The notes beneath the pieces were generated by a model. That model ran no database searches. It worked only from the letters and a program-made list of their open reading frames with translations, and was not told where the DNA came from. A stretch of 63,636 nt of DNA, counting the filler, from Octopus bimaculoides (Eukaryota): assembly GCF_001194135.2 (NCBI RefSeq). It is 4 parts of 4 records of this genome, joined end to end, with 100 filler letters (N's around TTAATTAATTAA, not from the genome) between each part and the next. Parts side by side here need not be neighbours in the genome. Positions count along the whole stretch, not along the records: positions 1 to 19,434 come from NC_068991.1; 3 more parts are not named here. One strand, 5' to 3'. This document shows positions 1 to 11,507 of this stretch, piece by piece. A program made the translations under genes and the position numbers. Numbering within the stretch: position 1 is the first letter of the stretch; every line of letters begins with the position of its first letter.

Positions 1-7
1 AGTTTGC

Positions 8-71
<64 letters not shown>

Positions 72-73
<2 letters not shown>

Positions 74-586
74 CTCCCATGGTTTCTCATCTTAACTGAT
101 TGAAAGTGTTATGTACATTGTTTTGTCTTGGTATAAAAGATGGGCTACAGAAAATATTCTGCTCAGTACTACAGATTTGCCTGTCAGTTGCTTGACCATA
201 ACCAGTTGAGCATGTCCCATAGTGGCTGACGATATGTGCATCTCTGATCACAAGCAGTAGCGGGGGAGCATCATAGCCATGTATTGAGAGGAATTCTTTG
301 GATTTTGGATAATTCACCTTAGGAAATATAACTGTTTCGTTCAACATCCTTAAACAACCCTTATTCAGGGACCTTTTGAGCGGGATGGGCTACTCCACTT
401 GAAGAAAATTCTAACTGGGCCCCACCTGCAAGGTCATGCGCTGTTTATCTTGGTATGAGATCACCATGTCGCACACATATATTTGTGTTGCATGTGCCTG
501 GTCAGACGGGTAGTCATGATGGGTATACTGGGCTTCGTATATTTGAACCCAGTGTCACTTTGATGGCATGCACTTCTCTCTCACTC
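72..586 (+). mobile_element. ~515-bp (AAT)n-tailed element, copy 1 (3' UTR or non-autonomous derivative of a non-LTR retroelement)
   Basis: Begins ctcccatggtttctcatctt and ends ctctctcactc followed by (AAT)n. Repeated at 707-1098 and, inverted, at ~1573-1746. Family assignment is inference. Confidence 0.75.
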
Positions 587-652
587 AATAATAACAATAA
601 TGATAATAATAATAATAATAATAACAACAACAACAACAATAATAATAACAAC

Positions 653-694
<42 letters not shown>

Positions 695-706
695 AATAAT
701 GATAAT

Positions 707-1098
707 AGCTCTCATGGTTTCTCATCTTAACTGATTGGAAGTGTTATCATGGACATTGCTTTGTCTTGGTATAAAAGATGGGCTACAGCAAATATTCTGC
801 TCAATACCACAGATTTGCTTTTCAGTTGTTTGACCTTAACCAGTTGAGCATGTCCCTTGGTGGCTGATGATATGTACATCTCTGATCACAAGTAGTAGTT
901 GGGGAGCATCATAGCCATGTATTGAGAGGAATTCTTTGGATTTTGGATAATTCACCTTTGGAAATATAGTTGTTTCGTTCAACATCCTCAAACAACCCTT
1001 ATTCAGGGACCGTTTGAGCGGGTAGTCATGATGGGTATACTGGGCTTCGTATATTTGAACCCAGTGTCACTTTGATGCCATGCACTGCTCTCTCACTC
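707..1098 (+). mobile_element. Same element, copy 2, with an internal ~130-bp deletion
   Basis: Aligns by eye to 72-586. Jumps from gagcggg directly to tagtcatgatggg. Confidence 0.85.
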
Positions 1099-1152
<54 letters not shown>

Positions 1153-1572
1153 GATAATAATAATAATAACGATAATAATTGAGACGGGTTGAATTACAAA
1201 GGACATTACTATTACACTACTCTGCAAAATATTCATTGACATCAATGAAATAGCAGCGACGAAAATTAATAGCGAGTCTCGAAAATGTTAAACAATTCTT
1301 GTGTAAGTAATGCATTAACTTATTACTTTAATTTTATTGCTATTATCTTAATATAATTTACCTATAGTTAGCGCTTGTAGTCATACAGCGACTGGCCACC
1401 AGACGCTCACTTAATAACGGAGTACAAAGTATAAAGTCAACATCATTATGTATTCATAATTCTATGTAACACGATTTTTGTCTTTGGATAGCAATTGTTA
1501 TTTTTCATTTGCTTACCCCTAGAAAGTATGAAAAATGGTTAATATTTCCTTCAAACATTGCTTTTGTTACAT

Positions 1573-1746
1573 TTATTCAACCCCAATGAATCTTTCTCAA
1601 CACATGGCTATGATGTTCCACAATAAACCTGCTCGTCGGCAGAGATGCACATATTGGCAACCACTAAGGGACATTCTAAAATGGTTAAGGTCAAGCAACT
1701 GACATCAAATCTATGGTATGGTGTGTTTGCTATAACAATATTTCTG
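1573..1746 (-). mobile_element. Older, degenerate inverted copy of the same element
   Basis: ctcaacacatggctatgatg...cagagatgcacatat...ccactaagggacat...ggtcaagcaactgaca matches the reverse complement of ~140-320. Confidence 0.8.
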
Positions 1747-1761
1747 CTTCAGTCTTGTTAG

Positions 1762-1968
1762 TGTTTGTCCCCCATCACCGCTTGACAACCGGTGTTGGTG
1801 CGTTTAGGTCCCCGTAAGTTGATGGTTTGACAAAAGAGACCGAGAGACTAAGTACCAGATTTGAAAGAAAATAATCACTGTGGTGGATTCGTTCGATTAA
1901 AATTGAAGGCGGTGCTCCAGCATGGCTGCAGTCTAATGACTGAAGCAAGTAAAGATAAAAGATAAAAT
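1762..1968 (+). mobile_element. SINE family A, 3' half
   Basis: gtttgtcccccatcaccgcttgacaacc...ggcggtgctccagcatggctgcagtc...aagtaaagataaaag, shared with 26690-26889 and other copies. Confidence 0.85.
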
Positions 1969-2149
1969 ACTTTGGATGAGCAGAAACGAAAGAGCTAAAT
2001 GCAGAAAGTAGATTGCAGCAATCACTACTGCAGCTGTGAGAGTCAGTTAAAACTAGGGATTTTCTCGTCTGTGGAAGTATATTTCTACCACTATGGATAA
2101 CAACAGTAAATGTGGCATGCTTGCTTGCTTTGATTCATGCTCTTGCTTG

Positions 2150-2430
2150 ATTTGGTTGGGCGTCATCCCAGGTCAGTGATCCCAGAGGTGTCATCATGCG
2201 TAGAGCCGACCAAGTTTACCAGTGCTAGCCATCATTGGCTGTCCATGGTGACGTCGAGCCCCTCGATCGATGGCTTCGATAGCAGAGCTCTGAGAAGCAT
2301 CGAGAACATCATATAGTATCATTGCGTTTCCAACAAAGAACTGCGTGCGTGCACGCATCGTCCCACAGCCTCCCACCTCGTAGCAATCCGTCTTATGCGC
2401 TGGTATAGACATGTCCTTCGTCTCCGTCTT
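2150..2430 (+). mobile_element. RTE-clade LINE ORF2 remnant (post-RT region)
   Basis: Plus-frame translation GFDSRALRSIENII*YHCVSNKELRACTHRPTASHLVAIRLMRWYRHVLRL fits the RTE pattern SNxELR...RRLRWxGHVLR. One in-frame stop. Confidence 0.85.
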
Positions 2431-2725
2431 ATTTATGGCATACATCCATTGATTATATTTTAATTTTGTCGTTCTCTTTGGCTTCTTTTCCTTTACCATG
2501 CTAATATTTACTGCTATTCTTGCTTATTTTCTTCCATTGTGTAGTTTTATGAAACAATTAATTGAATAAAGTTTTACACATACGCTAGAGTGACATTCAT
2601 TTCACTCTATAACATGGTCCAAGCATTCTAAAAACGATGTCCTTGTTCAGAGATGGTAATACAAGCTACTTAGAATTGTTTATTGTTAACAAAACCATAA
2701 TTCATTTAAATGAAGAGAGGAACAT

Positions 2726-2759
<34 letters not shown>

Positions 2760-3099
2760 GATAATATTTTTACCGGTGTTATTTTTTGCTCCTCTTGATT
2801 AGAATTGAATAATTGGAAATTTTTTCAAGCTATGACAATATAACAACTGCTCTTAAATCACGTAGAACACTTAGTCCTCATCCCATCCCTATCGTCTAAT
2901 GTTACCCATGGAACACATAGAATCGTTCCGAGACCTCTGAAATTTTAAAGCACGGTGTTTTATTATTTGTAATATATGCTATAAAATGGTATTTAAGTCT
3001 GTTAATTAATCTTCACGAAATACAGATATTATTTACACTACAGGTGTAGAAAACCAGAACTACTTCAAAATTCCACGTTCATTTTTGATCATTACTCTG

Positions 3100-3146
<47 letters not shown>

Positions 3147-3500
3147 NNNNNNNNNNNNNNNNNNNNNNNNNNNNNNNNNNNNNNNNNNNNNNNNNNNNNN
3201 NNNNNNNNNNNNNNNNNNNNNNNNNNNNNNNNNNNNNNNNNNNNNNNNNNNNNNNNNNNNNNNNNNNNNNNNNNNNNNNNNNNNNNNNNNNNNNNNNNNN
3301 NNNNNNNNNNNNNNNNNNNNNNNNNNNNNNNNNNNNNNNNNNNNNNNNNNNNNNNNNNNNNNNNNNNNNNNNNNNNNNNNNNNNNNNNNNNNNNNNNNNN
3401 NNNNNNNNNNNNNNNNNNNNNNNNNNNNNNNNNNNNNNNNNNNNNNNNNNNNNNNNNNNNNNNNNNNNNNNNNNNNNNNNNNNNNNNNNNNNNNNNNNNN

Positions 3501-3547
<47 letters not shown>

Positions 3548-3594
3548 AGCGTTGTAGTTCGCTTAAATCATTGTAGTACAGAAGTAGAATTAGA

Positions 3595-3840
3595 AATGAA
3601 AAGAGAAATGAAGAAAGCTTCTAAAAATGCAGCTTGAAAGTTGGAAAACGTTTAAACATTTTGGGTGTAAAGGCCCATCTCCAGAAGTGGGCATCCGGTT
3701 ATCCAAATGGCAGGATTTACGCAGGCACACATTTTTTTGACCGTACTCTTCTGAAGATGGGCCTTTGCGCCCGAAATATAGAAAAGTTTGTAACTTTAAT
3801 CCCTTCATTTTTAGAAGCTTTCTTCATTTCTCTTTTCATT
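3595..3840. repeat. Foldback inverted repeat with perfect 35-bp outer arms, Penelope-like
   Basis: 3595-3629 is the exact reverse complement of 3806-3840. Imperfect pairing continues inward (aaaggcccatctccagaag / cttctgaagatgggccttt). Confidence 0.9.
3751..3776 (+). ncRNA. Degenerate hammerhead-ribozyme-type core
   Basis: CTGAAGA-T-GGGC-CTTTGC-GCCC-GAAA gives the core plus helix II. Helix I/III and the cleavage triplet are non-canonical. Confidence 0.5.
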
Positions 3841-3859
3841 ATTCTACATATACATAACA

Positions 3860-4860
3860 GATGAAAGCAAAGAAGTCATCTGGTTCCGACATCCCTTAGG
3901 TACTCATCCAAAATGATTACCAGTCTTTCAGATTAAAGGACATCCAAATTCATTCTGAAAACGTGAGAAACCCAAATAGTATCTGCAGATCTAAAGAATG
4001 CTCACAGCATTACAATCTTTAAAAAAGAAGACAGCAGCCTTTATAGAAATTACAGTGGCATATTCCTCCTCTCCATCCTTGGGTAAATCTGTCAGAGTAC
4101 TGATTAACCGTCTCATTATCATCTCGGAGAAAGTAATGCTGGGCTCATGGTGTGGGTTTCGAACTCCTAGAGGATTAATTGACATGATATCTTATACAGA
4201 GAAAAATGTAGAGAACAAAAGAAACCTCTCTTGCTGATATTCTATGATCTCAAAAAGGTTTTTCGACACCCGTATCATGCACAACAACGTGAATGGGCCT
4301 GAAGCAATTCGGTTGCCCTGATCGTTTTATGGCACTCATCTGGGTACTTCTTAATAGCAAGATAAGACGCATAAAAACATGACGGCAAAATATTTCCCGA
4401 TCACCAGCAACAAAGATGTATATTTACTCCAACTTTGTTCTATCTGTACCTTGCAACCATGCTCTACGAAATCTTACTTAACAACGGTGGTCTGAGGATC
4501 AAGTAGTGCTTCGATAGTGAACTCTGCAATCTGTGTAGACTTCAATTATAAAACTGACCAACAACACACGTGTCAAAGAACTGTTGTACACCGATGACAA
4601 CGTCTCGCCAACTCAAGCAAACGAAGAAATGAAGAAATTGGTCAATGACTTATGCCAATGATCACTTCGGTCTGGAAATTATTATCCAGAAAACCCAAAT
4701 ACTTTCGCAGCGTACTCCAAATTAAATCCTTCTAGATTTCAACGTCACTATTTCCAAGAAACCACTGGAACGAATAGACCAGCTTCCATTCTTCAGGAGC
4801 ATCCTCTCCACACAATGTAATTCCGAGAAGGACGTCAAAACAGGATTCGAGCTGCACACA
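3860..4860 (+). mobile_element. RTE-clade LINE reverse transcriptase remnant (frameshifted)
   Basis: Fragments ITIFKKEDSSLYRNYSGIFLLS, CGFRTPRGLIDMI, EKCREQKKPLLLIFYDLKKVFDT, KELLYTDD (YADD motif, 4587), FGLEIIIQKTQIL. Confidence 0.9.
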
Positions 4861-5383
4861 TCACTTATCAAAAAACTTTTCGTTTGTGTCTCGGAGTCTG
4901 AAACTATAAACCAAGTTCATTGTGTATCAAAAGGTACCTTTATATATCTACTCACGTATCTACCCATAAATATTCAAATCTCAAAGCGTCAGAACAACAC
5001 AGAACATATTAAAACATATCTAGGAACACCTAAGAATATAAGTATGATTATAATGAGAAACATATGTTCACACTTTCAGACACGACCGTAACCTACGCAA
5101 TCTTCTGATCACAAACTTCATCACCTCTAGGTATATCCAATTCGGAAAGTCCGTCAGCTCCCATTCCTGTTGTAACTTCTGTCGCTTAATTTTTAACACT
5201 ACAACTTTGCCTAGTTCTAAATCTACCTCCTAAGCTTCTAATCATTTTACTTGTGCGCATAGCGCCAATGATATATTGCATCAAATAGTGGTGCTTTGTG
5301 TCTTTGTGAAATTGGTTAATATTAAGCAAATCTTTTCAGAGACCATATGTTTGCTGTCACAACACTTCTAGAAACTGTAAACT

Positions 5384-5539
5384 CAGTAGTGTAGCTAGGA
5401 GAAAATGCGTCGGGGTGGTCCGCCCCGGGCGACGCTTTTATAGGGATGGCACGTTTTGTCATTCATAGGCTTGGGGTCGGGGTGGGTAGACCAAACCCAG
5501 GGGCTACCCCGGACAGCAGACGCTCTAGCTACGTCACTG
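5384..5539. mobile_element. hAT-type MITE (156 bp)
   Basis: Imperfect TIRs CAGTAGTGTAGCTAG / CTAGCTACGTCACTG; degenerate 8-bp TSD tgtaaact / cgtcaacc (5 of 8 match). Confidence 0.75.
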
Positions 5540-5844
5540 CGTCAACCTGTGACTCGTAATATCAACTCCAAGGATGATTTCTGACAGTTTCTTGCCTTCG
5601 GTTAAACACCATAATTCTTTTTCCTCTAAGATACTTCGAGCAGAATGACTTATTTTTCAAATGGATATGTTCTCTCCGAGTGATATTAACAACCGATTAC
5701 ATTTTCTCTTATTCCTCCATCTCCTTTAATCCTTTTAGCACATACAAGATGCACACTCCATCACACAAACCGGTCCTCCTGCTCACGCACTCACAACTCT
5801 CACATACACACTGTTGTACTCTCGAATATATACACTCACATAAG

Positions 5845-5918
<74 letters not shown>

Positions 5919-6109
5919 CCACACACAAACACAGATACTATTTGCGGCGCATGTACTCTATCACGATATTTTTGTCCACCATCCATCTCCACATTAGAGA
6001 CCAGATATATACCAATCTACTTTCTTCATATGTTATTATTACTAGCAAATGAACCTATCTACGATGGATGCATAAAATTAGGGTGGTCTATGACGGAGTT
6101 GAGTTGAGT

Positions 6110-6518
6110 CTAAAGAAAATCATGAAGGTACGAAATTCTTCAGGTGCAACTTTCGCGACCTGTATAAGCGACATCGGTTCTGGACAAAGTTCGTTCTCCG
6201 ACCCACTGAGGAATGTGATTCCAATTAGACCAGATTTTGTACTTGAAACGTCATCTAATTCCGAAATATGCAAATTCGTCTTTGATGATTTAAGTGAAAA
6301 ACTACAAAATCGCATCATGGCTGTGTTCGCGAGCTGTCATCGCCTCAACCTATGAAATGGCAAATGGTGTGAATGAGCACATGATTAGCAACTTCCCTGG
6401 GGAAAGTCGAGAGTACTGTAGTTCGGATAAAATAGATGACGAAAACTACCACCAGTACCCACAGGATTTCTTGAACAACTTAAATACATCGGGATTGCCA
6501 CTCCATAAAATCAATATT
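6110..6518 (+). mobile_element. Helitron PIF1-helicase fragment, inverted relative to Rep
   Basis: Plus-strand LKKIMKV..FATCISDIGSG and FPGESREYCSSD..YPQDFLNNLNTSGLPLHKINI match Helitron helicase motifs NMR..FA.WLL.IGDG and YP.EFLNSL..SGLP.H.L. Confidence 0.88.
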
Positions 6519-7762
6519 ATGTGCCATTACTGAGTTGAATAGCTCCGGGCTTCGGTGTTTGTCAGGTGTTTCGGCACTAATTACTTTGTCTAGTCGGTTT
6601 ATAACGATTAGCCATTTTAATCAGTATATGTGCGTGTGTAAGGCCAGGTTTTTGCTATTCAATAGTTAGTGTATAGGTGACGACTTTTCTCAGAACGTGT
6701 TTTTTCAGTAGATCATGGAGGAGTGCGTCGAGTTTGATTTTAAATACTCGACAGGCAATATCAGGTCAGTTCTGTGCATGCTCCCCTGGAAATAGGGCGG
6801 TCTGTATCTCCGTCCAGTTTGGATTTGTGGTAAATGTGATGAAATAATCTGACTTTCCCATTGCTCTCACTATTGCTATGCTGTTTTGGAAGGCCTTGCA
6901 GTAAAATCTTGGACTGCCGGTGGTAGTTAGTGGGAGAATAATTCTTCTTCCAGGTATTAATGTATCAGTTTTGTTGACAGCATCATGCAACCCTGAGTAT
7001 TTTTCTGCTCTGATTGTCGTTTGATGGATTCCACTCACCTTTGCCTGCTCCGTTCCACTTTCGCCCTCTGATCTACAACATATTGCTGTAAAAATCTTCT
7101 ACTTCGCATAATATGATTATCCGAATTAGTTCTTTTGGTAAGCGTAAAAATTCATACCTAATAATATTTGTCCATTTGATTTTTGCATATTGAGCTGCCA
7201 ACCGTCTGTTCCCTCCTAGAGTATCAGAGCATAATGCAGCGGATCGTACAATCGGTGGATAGAGTTTATTCGCTGAGCATGTCCATTACGACAGCATATG
7301 ATTACGGCTAAAGTGTTCTTGATATCACCCGGAACCAAAGCAGCCACCTCTAAATTCAAAGGTAAGTTGTACTGGCGACAGTGAGCCTCAGATGGTTTGA
7401 GCTTTTTGTCATGGTGTCGAAGGATCGAAATATCCTCAGTTGCCGAAAGTTCTATAGCAGCTTATGAATGGATTTACATGCCGAATATAACTTTGTAGTT
7501 TCCTCAATATATCCACCTGCAGATCATTCATATGTTTCATCCTATTTTTGGTCTCATAGTGTGCATCAAAGAAGTGCAACTGTACGAATAATGGCGGTTG
7601 ATTGGCATCTGGCATTAAACTTCCAATGGCGTGATACACTTTACCTTGGATTTCAAATGTGGGATTAAATCCAGTTATCGAGGTATCAACAACACAACCA
7701 ACGGACACAAACGCGACTGTGTTATTATACGCTCGAATATTTGTTATGAAATTGTTATCGTT

Positions 7763-8377
7763 TCATAACGATACAATGTCTGCCAACAAATTGGGGGTGG
7801 ATTGCAGCTGAACTTTACCGTTTTCGCAACAGAGCGAAAATGGTTCTGCTGGCCAGTGCTTTGAATAACAATGTGAGCATATATAATCACCGAAGCTGCC
7901 GCAGTAGTGAGAGCGGTATGATAACGGAATGTTACTTTCGATAAAGTTTTCCTGAGTCGCGATCAAATTCAAATCTATAATCCGTTCATTGTCATATTCA
8001 GCGAGGGAAATGCTTACCAAAGCCTTATCTTGCACTTTCACTTGCACTTGTCTTGATTTTCGGCGAGCTAGAGTGTTCCTTATCTGTTCCGAAGCTCTCA
8101 CTTGAGGATTTTTGCGTGTTCTTTGGCGAGCTAGAGTATTCCTGCTCTGTTCCGACGCTCTCACTTCTGTATCACGGCGAATTCTATGAGCTTCCGTAAC
8201 CTTATTCTGCTGGGCTTGTCTGTATTCACTGTTAGATTGTCTCTTACTTTTTATAGCAGCAGCTTTTCTGGTAGTCCTACCAATTCCTGATTTCCGTTTC
8301 CAGGTCATAATGGCGTTGAACGAAGGGAAATTTAATAAAACATTACACAACTTTATGCATACAATAGTTATTGACAA
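7763..8377 (-). pseudogene. Helitron RepHel N-terminal ORF (two VRASEQxRNTLAR repeats and a Cys-rich zinc-binding motif)
   Basis: From the ORF track. It is followed by stops and frameshifts. Confidence 0.85.
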
Positions 8378-8652
8378 AGTTCATAGTAGTCATACACTGA
8401 TTAAAGATGAGCCAAAGCCATCACAATCATTTCTTAATAAAGCTTTTGGCGTAATTCAGTGGAGAAGTAAGTTGATTTACTTCCCTTCGCTTCTTTTATT
8501 ACGAGTTATCACCCCGTAATCTTTATTTACTTTGTGTACGCTCATAAACTGATAAATTACCTTCAATATCCACTAAATGATCATACTTTTTCACATTTTT
8601 TTTTCGCTACATGGAGTAAGATAGGCAAGGCCGTTGTATTAAAAAAAACCTA

Positions 8653-9230
8653 CTAGGATAGCCCACGGTGTGTCAGGGGAACGAGTTCAATTCTTGGGCG
8701 AAATTTCACCAGAAATAAAACTTAAAAACAGGAAGCGGAAATGTAAACTAATGGTATCTAAGAATACAATGAATTTGTTCGGGACAGATTTAATGGAAGG
8801 ATTCGACCTGTGGGATCTATTACTGAATACATTATGTAACAAGGTGAAGGCGTCACAGTCCGTGTCAGAGAAAGCATCGGAAAAAATGAAATTAAAATTG
8901 AAAAAGATATACTAAAAACCAAGAGAGGCGAGAAGAACCAATGGATTTATGATATGATTTGTTTGAGGTCCCAGAACCGACACGTAGGTCGAGTAGGAAG
9001 AGAAAACCTACAGAAATGATGGAAATTAACGCTAAGAGAAAAAGATATGCCAGTTTCTCACCGAGGAAATAAAATTGATAAATTCGGGTTTAAAAAACTC
9101 AAAAGAGGGAGGTGTTGTGTCGACGTCCCTAGACGATGAAGTAGGCTAGCCCAACACGTAGATATAGAGGAAGAAGTCTAGACGTCATGGTAGTTGAGTA
9201 GAGGTCCTCCGAACGTGCGATATAACAATT
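8653..9230 (-). mobile_element. Possible second non-autonomous Helitron-like element
   Basis: actag followed by a weak GC hairpin (gcccacggtgtgtcagggg) resembles a Helitron 3' end read on the minus strand. The other end was not identified. Confidence 0.3.
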
Positions 9231-9254
9231 ATGTATGTATATATTTGTGTGTGT

Positions 9255-9458
9255 GTTTGTGTTTGTCCCCCCACCTTCGCTTGACCTCCGATGTTGGTGT
9301 GTTTAGGTCCCCGTAACTTAGCGGTTCAGCAAAAAAGTTCCGATAGAATAAGTACTAGGCTTACTTTGAATAAGTCCTGGGGTCGATTTGTTCGGCTAAA
9401 GGCGGTGCTCCAGCATGGCCGAAGTCAAATAACTGAAACAAGTAAAGGAATAAAAGAA
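9255..9458 (+). mobile_element. SINE family A, 3' half
   Basis: Shared tail gtttgtcccccc...ggcggtgctccagcatggcc...aacaagtaaagg. Confidence 0.88.
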
Positions 9459-9484
9459 CAGAATAGATAGACAGAAAGACTTCA

Positions 9485-9647
9485 TGACTTGTTCTTTGTA
9501 AGCCCCGTAGTTATTCTATTGAACTTTTATGCCGAACCGTTATGTTACGGATACATAAGCACACCAACATACGTTGTCAAGTGATGGTGGTGGACAAACG
9601 CTAACCCAAACACACACACATACACATACGCACATGTATATATACAC

Positions 9648-9684
<37 letters not shown>

Positions 9685-9838
9685 ACGGGCTTCTTTCAGT
9701 TTCTGTTTACCAAGTCCACTCACAAGGCTTTGGCTGGCCCGAGGCTATAGTGGAATACACCTGCCCGAAGTGTCACGCAGTGGGACTGAACCTTAAGCCC
9801 TGTGGTCGGGATGCAAGCGTCTACCGCACAGCCACAGC
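9485..9838 (-). mobile_element. SINE family A, near full length, inverted (tail-to-tail with the previous copy)
   Basis: Reverse complement of tRNA-like head, internal (TA)n and partial tail. Confidence 0.85.
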
Positions 9839-9842
9839 TATA

Positions 9843-9882
9843 TTTAGATAGAGAGGCAGACAGACAGACAGACAGACAGACT

Positions 9883-9934
<52 letters not shown>

Positions 9935-10410
9935 TTTATACATACATACACACCTACATAAATACATACGTACACATATAGGGATATGAGTGCAGATATT
10001 TTTGACATGCGCGTAGACACATACATATATTCATATATTTGTATATATCCCTGTGTTGATATATAAACATCATACACCTATATCTACATAAATACAAAAT
10101 TATTTTTGTTTTATATACAAATATATAACATGTATATGGACATACAAGTGGATATGTCCGTGGGATTTTGTGCTTGTGTGTCTCACTCGCGTATTTACGT
10201 TAGCAAAAGTGTGAGTGCATTCATTATTTCATGCCATAGCACATTCCTCATTCGTGTACAGAAACTTACGACCGTATGTATGTATGTATGTTTGTATGTA
10301 TGTATGTATGTATTATGTATGTATTATGTATGTATTATGTATGTATGCATGTATGTATACGTATTATGGATGTGTGTACCTATACATATATATATATACA
10401 TTTATATATA

Positions 10411-10503
<93 letters not shown>

Positions 10504-10620
10504 GAATGTATATGTATCAGTATGCGTGTTTATGTGTGTATATATATATATAATAAACATACATACATGCACACAGAGAAAAATAGGTAGATAGGCCAAT
10601 AGATATGGATACATATATAC
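9843..10620. repeat. Compound microsatellites (GACA/GATA, TATG, TA)
   Basis: Directly visible. Confidence 0.95.
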
Positions 10621-10979
10621 ATGTATACATATGCACACCAACATACATGCATCATACATAGTTACATACGCACATATATACTAAGTTACACTAATATATA
10701 TTGCGTAAGTATACTCAGGTATAGATACATGCATGCAGAATATCGACAATATGATGAAAGAATAAAAACAAAAATATGAAAAAACTGCAAAGAAATATCC
10801 GAATCTGTAGAAAATTATCGATGACGATAAAACATTATATATTACCCACAGGAAATTTCACATTGGCTTAACGCCATCTCTGTTAAATTGTCTTTTATTG
10901 CTGTTATCGCAGTCGATGTGGTGATACAACCCTCCTTTTTTTTATATTGGTCACGATGATATTGTTGATGGTATGGCGG

Positions 10980-11170
10980 TTATGACGGTGGTGGTGGTGG
11001 TGGTGGTCACCAACTCCATAGTCATCACTGTTAATGCTGCGGTTCGTTGTTGTTGTTATTGTAGTTGTTGCTGATGTTGGCGATTATGGTGACGGCGGAG
11101 ATGGGGTAGTGTGGTGGCTTTTAAATTTCTACTGTGTGTGTGAAGATGGTGGCGGCCGTAGTCCTGCTTC

Positions 11171-11201
<31 letters not shown>

Positions 11202-11444
11202 AGTTGTGGTGTTGGTGGGCGATTGGTGCTGTTGCTGTATGTATTGGTGATGGCTGGGTCGTGAGATCTTGATGGCGGCGTTACTATTGATGCTGCTAAC
11301 TTTGTTGCTGTTGGTGGTAGTATTGATGATGGTGTTGCTGTTGTTGTTGTAGATGGCGTTGTTATTGTAAGTGGTGTTTGATGGTAGTAGTGAGGGTTTT
11401 GTTGATGAGTGTAGTGACGCTCATAGCGTTAGTTGTTGCTGTTC

Positions 11445-11507
<63 letters not shown>

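Larger units (their letters stand above)
9..1179 (+). repeat. Three (AAT)n/(AAC)n microsatellite tracts (9-71, 587-706, 1099-1179) separating two copies of a dispersed element
   Basis: Directly visible trinucleotide runs. Confidence 0.97.
6042..8400 (-). mobile_element. Helitron (RepHel) fossil, internally deleted and rearranged
   Basis: Minus strand carries N-terminal charged repeats, CSHC..KHWPAE..CCENGKV, FEIQGKVYHAIGSLMP, GSPRFY, DYFITFTTNP and IE*QKPGLTHAHILI (HUH motif). The 3' end is CTAG|T at 6042 with a degenerate subterminal hairpin. Confidence 0.95.

Noticed and set aside
455-730. Poly-Asn ORF
   Set aside because: Translation of the (AAT)n microsatellite.
860-885. CTGATGA in the AAT-flanked element as a hammerhead
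   Set aside because: No downstream GAAA after the atgtacat stem, and copy 1 reads ctgacgat with no helix I/III.
2194-2499. 101-aa minus-strand ORF as a novel gene
   Set aside because: It is the antisense shadow of a plus-strand RTE LINE remnant.
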